A stretch of 42,045 nucleotides of DNA from the IMG/VR virus record IMGVR_UViG_3300045988_083426; one strand, given 5' to 3'. Under the pieces are notes generated by a model that was not told where the DNA came from, made no database searches, and saw only the letters and a program-made list of their open reading frames with translations. Shown piece by piece: positions 37,893-42,045 of the stretch. The position numbers and the translations under genes were made by a program. The first letter of the stretch is position 1. Each line of letters opens with the position of its first letter. The stretch comes from a virus.

Positions 37893-38069
37893 ATGTCCCC
37901 GAAAACAGGACGCCCGACCAGCAACAAGAGAACCAAACGGCTTGAAATCCGGATGGCACCTGATGAAGCGCAGCTCCTTCAGGAGTGCGCGGATGAACTT
38001 CAAGTGTCGAAAACGGAAGTAATCGTCAAAGGAATTCGACTTGTGAAAGCTGAGTTGGAAAAGAAATGA
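37893..38069 (+). CDS. Ribbon-helix-helix repressor 2 (58 aa)
   Basis: MSPKTGRPTSNKRTKRLEIRMAPDEAQLLQECADELQVSKTEVIVKGIRLV, an RHH layout. N-terminal MSPK..GRPT is shared with RHH1. Confidence 0.7.
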   Translation: MSPKTGRPTSNKRTKRLEIRMAPDEAQLLQECADELQVSKTEVIVKGIRLVKAELEKK

Positions 38070-38134
38070 GCGCATGGGCTACAGCTTGCAGGCACACCCA
38101 TACGCTCAAAACACCAGAGGCTTCCCAACTGGAT
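38058..38134 (-). ncRNA. Predicted antisense sRNA 2 (about 77 nt)
   Basis: Same promoter as sRNA 1: -35 at 38164-38169, -10 TAGAAT at 38141-38146. Terminator GAGCGUAUGGG...CCCAUGCGCUC followed by AUUUCUUUUCC. Confidence 0.5.
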
Positions 38135-38300
38135 AAATTCATTCTATCACAGTGGGAGCCTTCAGACAAGAATTATTTTGGAGGTTTATTATGGAAAATC
38201 GAATCACACTGTTGGAGCAGATCGAGAGACTGCTGGCACTGGCCAGTGAGGAGCAGCTGCGGATCCTGTATGTGGCCGCGCTGTACCTTGTGTAAGGGGG
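38114..38300. repeat. R element copy 3
   Basis: Near-identical to 37604-37790. Confidence 0.9.
38191..38295 (+). CDS. 34-aa microprotein, family copy 3
   Basis: Same peptide as 37681-37785. Ends 12 nt before the ant start codon. Confidence 0.6.
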   Translation: MENRITLLEQIERLLALASEEQLRILYVAALYLV

Positions 38301-38307
38301 TGGCGGC

Positions 38308-39069
38308 ATGAACGATCTGACGGTGTTTCAGAACCCGGAGTTCGGGGAGATCCGCACCATCGAAGAAAATGGCGACGTGCTGTTTTGTGGAACTGATGTT
38401 GCAAAGGCGCTGGGGTATATTAACCCGCGCGATGCAGTTGGGAGACGCTGCAAAGGCGTCGTGAAACGCGACGCCTATACAAATAGGCGACAGACAATGT
38501 CCTTCATTCCGGAAAGCGACCTGTACCGGCTTGTATTCGGCTCGAAGCTGCCGTCCGCGGAACGCTTCGTGGACTGGGTGACGGAAGAAGTCCTCCCCAG
38601 CATCCGCAAGACCGGGCGGTACGAAGTCCAGCCGAAGCCCATGACGATGGCCGAGAACGTCGCGGCGCAGGCGCAGCTGCTGGTGGAGCAGGAGCAGCGC
38701 ATCGCGCGGATCGAGGAGCGGGTGGAGACGGCGCTGACGGCCATCGCCCGCCCCAGCGGGGACACATGGGTGGAGGACATGAAGGCGGCCATCGCGGGGT
38801 ACTGCCGCGCGACGGGGCTGACGGAACCGGCGGGGCGGGGGCGGCTCTACGCGATGCTCGACCGGGAGGCCAGCTGCAATACGGACGCCCGGCTCCGGCG
38901 GCTGCGCCAGCGGCGGAAGGAGACGGGGGAGCGCCGGCGGGACTACATGGCGCTCACGAAGCTGGACGCCATCGCAGTGGATCAGAAGCTGCGGGTGGCC
39001 TTTGAGGGGCTCGTGGCCCGGGAAAACGCCCGCGCCGCGCAGAAGGACGAAATTGCCAAGCGCTTGTGA
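38308..39069 (+). CDS. ant: Antirepressor with BRO-N domain (253 aa)
   Basis: LTVFQNPEFGEIRTIEENGDVLFCGTDVAKALGY...SFIPESDLYRLVFGSKLPSAERFVDWVTEEVLPSIRKTG is the Bro-N/AntA signature. Confidence 0.85.
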   Translation: MNDLTVFQNPEFGEIRTIEENGDVLFCGTDVAKALGYINPRDAVGRRCKGVVKRDAYTNRRQTMSFIPESDLYRLVFGSKLPSAERFVDWVTEEVLPSIRKTGRYEVQPKPMTMAENVAAQAQLLVEQEQRIARIEERVETALTAIARPSGDTWVEDMKAAIAGYCRATGLTEPAGRGRLYAMLDREASCNTDARLRRLRQRRKETGERRRDYMALTKLDAIAVDQKLRVAFEGLVARENARAAQKDEIAKRL

Positions 39070-39077
39070 ATATGGAG

Positions 39078-39120
39078 AAACAGCCCGGCCTGTGGGGAGA
39101 AAAACCACCGGCCGGGCTGT
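39078..39120 (+). terminator. Stem-loop after ant
   Basis: aacagcccggcc / ggccgggctgtt, a 12-bp stem. Confidence 0.6.
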
Positions 39121-39133
39121 TATACTGTGGAGG

Positions 39134-39259
39134 ATGAAGGGAGGGAGAGACCATGTATCGAGGAACGATGTAATCATCAGTTCTTCTACCGAGGGCTCTA
39201 ATAAGAAGTTCAAGATTTCAGTGGACGATACAGGCGCAATCTCCGCAACGGAAGTATAA
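39134..39259 (+). pseudogene. Possible remnant small ORF (41 aa)
   Basis: The ending ...KFKISVDDTGAISATEV is protein-like, but the ATG abuts the SD with no spacing, so it is probably a truncated relic. Confidence 0.25.
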
Positions 39260-39320
39260 CCCACTAACCCCGCCCTGACGGGCTTAATTTACATGCGCAA
39301 TGCGCAGAGAGGAGTAAAAC

Positions 39321-39773
39321 ATGAAAGAAAACGCAATCAAGGCCGTGCTTGCGGCAGCGCTGGGGGCGCTGGCATCCTACGGCACGCAGCTCATCGTCCC
39401 GGCGATCATCCTTGTCGCGGTGATGGTGCTGGACTACATCACCGGCATGGCCAAGGCGTGGCAGGCCGGAGAGCTGAGCAGCCGCGTCGGCATCGGCGGC
39501 ATCCTGAAAAAGGTCGGCTATCTGGTGATCGTCGCGGTGGCCTGCGTGCTGGACTGGCTGGTGCGGTATGGTGCGGATCAGATGGGACTGGACTGGCGGC
39601 TGGATTTCCTGATCGCGTCTATTGTGGTGATCTGGCTGGTGATTAACGAGCTGATCTCGATTTTGGAGAATGTGGCCGCGCTGGGCGCGCCGGTGCCGGG
39701 ATTTCTGCAGAGTCTGATTAAGCGGCTGAAGGTGAGTGTGGAGGACAAGGTCGAACCGAAGGAGGAAACCTGA
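39321..39773 (+). CDS. Holin (150 aa)
   Basis: Several TM segments (AVLAAALGALASYG, VPAIILVAVMVLDYITG, VGYLVIVAVACVLDWLV, IVVIWLVINELISILEN) fit the phage holin 4-type family. Directly upstream of the endolysin. Confidence 0.8.
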   Translation: MKENAIKAVLAAALGALASYGTQLIVPAIILVAVMVLDYITGMAKAWQAGELSSRVGIGGILKKVGYLVIVAVACVLDWLVRYGADQMGLDWRLDFLIASIVVIWLVINELISILENVAALGAPVPGFLQSLIKRLKVSVEDKVEPKEET

Positions 39774-40471
39774 TGAACATCATCGAGAAGGACTACAACT
39801 GGGCGCACGAACTGTCTGCCCGTCAGGTCACGAACCTGATCATCCTGCACCACGCTGCGGCCAAATCTTGTACGGCAGCGGATGTACACAACTGGCATCT
39901 TAACCGGGGGTGGGCTGGCATCGGCTACCACTTTTTTGTCGGCAAGGACGGCAGCGTCACGCGTGGCCGTCCGCTCTGGGCAGTCGGCGCGCACGCCGAA
40001 AGCTGCAACTGGCGCTCTGTCGGCGTGTGCTTCGAGGGCGATTACCAGGCCGAGACGGAGATGCCCGCCGCGCAGCTGCAGGCCGGTCGTGAGCTGGTGC
40101 AGTATCTCAAGGCTAAGCTGGGCGTGGATCGTGTGGTTGGCCACCGCGACGTTGCAGTGGCGGGGACGAGCTGCCCCGGCCAGTATTTCCCGTTCGATGC
40201 GATTTGTGCGACGGACAACAACAACACTAATACCGAGGAGGATATTATCATGGTAGCAACTCAGATGATCGGCAACGGCGACCGTGGCAACGCGGTGCGC
40301 AGCATGCAGGGTGCGCTCATCGCGCAGGGCTATAAGTGTGGCAGCTACGGCGCGGACGGTATCTGCGGCGCGGCGACCGTGGCGGCGATCAAGGCTTGTC
40401 AGCGCGCAAACGGCCTGACGGCGGACGGCATCTGCGGCCCCGACACGTGGGGTGCGCTGCTGGCCAAGTAA
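39773..40471 (+). CDS. Endolysin: N-acetylmuramoyl-L-alanine amidase (Amidase_2/PGRP) plus PG-binding domain (232 aa)
   Basis: ILHHAAA...WHLNRGWAGIGYHFFVGKDGSV...GAHA...HRDV...SCPG amidase-2 motifs. C-terminal ALIAQGYKCGSYGADGICGAATVAAIKACQ PG_binding_1. Confidence 0.85.
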   Translation: MNIIEKDYNWAHELSARQVTNLIILHHAAAKSCTAADVHNWHLNRGWAGIGYHFFVGKDGSVTRGRPLWAVGAHAESCNWRSVGVCFEGDYQAETEMPAAQLQAGRELVQYLKAKLGVDRVVGHRDVAVAGTSCPGQYFPFDAICATDNNNTNTEEDIIMVATQMIGNGDRGNAVRSMQGALIAQGYKCGSYGADGICGAATVAAIKACQRANGLTADGICGPDTWGALLAK

Positions 40472-40489
40472 TCTTAACAGCGAAAAAAC

Positions 40490-40518
40490 TTGACGGAAAA
40501 CGAGCCGTGCGGTAGAAT
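40490..40518 (+). promoter_or_regulatory. Near-consensus promoter facing attP
   Basis: -35 TTGACG (40490-40495), 17-nt spacer, -10 TAGAAT (40513-40518). No ORF with an SD follows. Confidence 0.55.
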
Positions 40519-40600
40519 ATTGACATAGCAGCGCCGCAAGGTGCAGCAACACCGCCGGAGTGGGGATCAGGCGCCCTGCTTCGGCGGTGTTGTATTTAAA

Positions 40601-40621
40601 ATGCACACGAAAATGCACACG
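40601..40621. repeat. Integrase arm-type sites, left arm (ATGCACACG x2)
   Basis: 40601-40609 and 40613-40621, as direct repeats. Confidence 0.6.
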
Positions 40622-40669
40622 AACGACACAGAAGTGTTTAATACCAATAGTTTTAAAGGGAATTAGGCA

Positions 40670-40695
40670 GGGTTCGACTCCCCTCAGCTCCACCA
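40670..40695 (+). other. attP core: copy of a tmRNA (ssrA)-type 3' end
   Basis: GGGTTCGACTCCCCTCAGCTCCACCA is a T-loop, T-stem 3' strand, Ala-type acceptor 3' strand CAGCTCC, and ACCA. No matching 5' half is present upstream. Confidence 0.7.
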
Positions 40696-40700
40696 AAACG

Positions 40701-40740
40701 AAATCCCTGAAACCGCAATGGTTTCAGGGATTTTTCTTTT
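40701..40740 (+). terminator. Rho-independent terminator following the tmRNA-like end
   Basis: aaatccctgaaacc / ggtttcagggattt stem followed by TTTTTCTTTT. Confidence 0.8.
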
Positions 40741-40797
40741 GGCAGCAACGGTTTGACGGATTCGGAATGATAGAATGTATGACGCTATTTTGGTGGG

Positions 40798-40841
40798 CGT
40801 GTGCATTATTTTTACGAAAAATGCACACGGGAATGCACATG
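40798..40841. repeat. Integrase arm-type sites, right arm
   Basis: CGTGTGCAT (inverted, 40798-40806), ATGCACACG (40821-40829), ATGCACATG (40833-40841). Confidence 0.6.
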
Positions 40842-40850
40842 AAAACCGGA

Positions 40851-41876
40851 CTACTTGTCCGGTGAGATCAGATCGTCGAGGGCAGATTCGATGGCGGCGT
40901 CATAGGTACGCTCGCTCTCTTTGAAAATATGCTGGTAGGTTGTCTTGAGCATATTGTTGGTGGCGTGACCCATACGCTTGATGCTGTATTTATCCGGGAT
41001 ATGCGCTTCAAGCATGACGGAGGCATTGACGTGGCGCAGATCGTGGAAGCGATAGTGCGGGACACCGGCTTTTTCGCAGACGCGTGAGAAGCCGCAATAG
41101 ATGGCGTGGCCGGTCAGGGTGGTGATATGCTCATCGGTCTGCGGGGTACGGGCGAGCAGATCGCGCAGGTAGGCGGGGAGGTGCACCCGGCGGGCGCCGC
41201 TATAGCTCTTCGGCCCCTTCTCGGCGGCGCCGTTTTCGCCATCGACGATGGCGGTATGTATGTTTACATACTCGCCGTCGATGTCCGACCAGCGCAGGCC
41301 GCGGATCTCGCTCGCGCGCAGGCCGAGACAGATGGCCAGCATGATGGGCAGCTCGTACTTCGTGCCGCGGCAGGTCTCGGCGATGGCCTGCACCTCGGCT
41401 TTGGTGGGGATCTGGATCTCGTGTTTCTCCTTCTGCGGCAGACGCGTGGTCAGCTTCACGTCCGGGCGGAACTCGGAGAGAACGGCGCTCAGAAAGCCAT
41501 GGGCATTGGCGATGGTCTTCGGGGATTTCCCAGCTTTGACCATACGGTTGACCCAGCGCTGGATAGATTCCTGCGTCAGCTCGGGCAGGAGCGTGGCGGC
41601 GATGGGCGGGAGGAGGTTCTTCCGGATCCGCTTATAGCCGGCAACGGTGGCGGGGGATAGTACGGCGTCGCGCCGCTCGATATACTGGTCAGCGGCTTCG
41701 CCGACGGTCAGGCGGCGGGCGGGCTTTCTGGCATCTTTGATACGGGTCTTGATGCCGGCGGCCCAGAACTGCGCCTCCTCGGGCGTATCGAAGGTTTCGC
41801 CGTAGCGCTGGCCGCCCACCTGCACCTGCACCCGGTAGCGGCCGGAGGGGAGCTTTTCTACTTTGGGGATTTTCAA
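40851..41876 (-). CDS. int: Tyrosine recombinase / phage integrase (about 341 aa)
   Basis: Catalytic pattern LRASEIRGLRW ... HDLRH ... GHATNNMLKTTYQH. N-terminal arm-binding-type domain (GRYRVQVQVGGQRYGETFDTPEEA). AGGAGGA SD favours the TTG at 41876 over the track start at 41897. Confidence 0.9.
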   Translation of the reverse strand: MKIPKVEKLPSGRYRVQVQVGGQRYGETFDTPEEAQFWAAGIKTRIKDARKPARRLTVGEAADQYIERRDAVLSPATVAGYKRIRKNLLPPIAATLLPELTQESIQRWVNRMVKAGKSPKTIANAHGFLSAVLSEFRPDVKLTTRLPQKEKHEIQIPTKAEVQAIAETCRGTKYELPIMLAICLGLRASEIRGLRWSDIDGEYVNIHTAIVDGENGAAEKGPKSYSGARRVHLPAYLRDLLARTPQTDEHITTLTGHAIYCGFSRVCEKAGVPHYRFHDLRHVNASVMLEAHIPDKYSIKRMGHATNNMLKTTYQHIFKESERTYDAAIESALDDLISPDK

Positions 41877-41946
41877 GGGGAATCCTCCTTTCTTCAATTA
41901 CGGGGCATACTGCCAGCATAGGGGCGGACGATGCAGAAGTCAATAC

Positions 41947-42045
41947 GCTTTTTTGAAAAGCGCCTAAAAAACTGCACGGAAAGCGGCCTGATTTCAGGCC
42001 ACTTTTGAGACAACGGCCCCAAAATATGGTAGGATGGCCGTAGGA
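41947..42045. repeat. Terminal direct repeat, copy 2
   Basis: Identical to nt 1-99. Confidence 0.95.

Larger units (their letters stand above)
1..41946. mobile_element. Complete circular temperate phage genome (one unit length); podovirus-like gene content
   Basis: Exact 99-nt overlap of the two window ends. Contains integrase plus attP, immunity, replication/early, packaging, head, tail and lysis modules with no flanking host genes. Confidence 0.8.

Noticed and set aside
39294-39306. Tandem TGCGCA palindromes (TGCGCAATGCGCA) just upstream of the holin SD.
   Set aside because: It is too short and occurs only once, so it cannot be distinguished from chance.
40480-40760. A complete tmRNA or tRNA gene carried by the phage.
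   Set aside because: Only the 3' 26 nt are tRNA-like. The upstream sequence does not complete the T-stem. No GGGGCUG-type 5' acceptor strand is found (the best candidate, GGAGUGG at 40557-40563, has a mismatch and the wrong context). An attP core copy is the simpler reading. The ORF 40560-40865 across it is spurious.
41898-42045. A search for an excisionase (Xis) gene near the integrase or attP.
   Set aside because: No small SD-led ORF with an Xis or MerR-like HTH was found in the int-xre spacer or around attP. The function may be supplied by one of the small unassigned proteins.

Overview
The window is a complete, circularly closed temperate phage genome. Nt 1-99 are repeated exactly at 41947-42045, giving a unit length of about 41.9 kb. 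Late genes are about 65% GC, with several lower-GC accessory islands. The gene content suggests a Clostridia-type Firmicutes host, but that is inference.

Gene order:
- attP, containing a tmRNA-like 3' end, and a tyrosine integrase (-).
- XRE regulator plus a 34-aa microprotein.
- hicAB.
- A Gp49-like toxin / XRE antitoxin / DUF3467-like operon (-).
- A CI-like repressor.
- An unusual array of small divergent gene pairs (2.9-6.3 kb).
- Early genes: HNH/NinG-like, DUF551-like, PcfJ-like, DUF3102-like, ASCH, DUF4406-like.
- An HUH Rep-like gene, then terS, terL, portal, Prp protease, scaffold and major capsid.
- Tail and fibre genes.
- A 3051-aa polyvalent protein with HExxH peptidase and ADP-ribosyltransferase motifs.
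- A DUF2283-like gene (-).
- Two RHH repressor genes plus an antirepressor, resembling P22 immI.
- Holin and amidase endolysin.

Most interesting observations:
1. Six tandem divergent gene-pair modules are built from recombined promoter/leader cassettes. Each rightward gene is preceded by the 17-bp palindrome CACGCAAAGTATGCGTG or a variant of it. Every module junction is a convergent 3' overlap.
2. Two SD-preceded small ORFs lie in alternative frames inside the giant polyvalent gene. Their GC3 matches the genome, while the GC3 of the host frame collapses across them. One sits directly after the ART toxin domain.
3. The duplicated RHH module upstream of ant has two predicted antisense sRNAs of about 75 nt.
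4. A three-member family of 34-aa microproteins is present, each encoded just downstream of a small DNA-binding regulator.

All functional calls rest on motifs read by eye. No database search was run.
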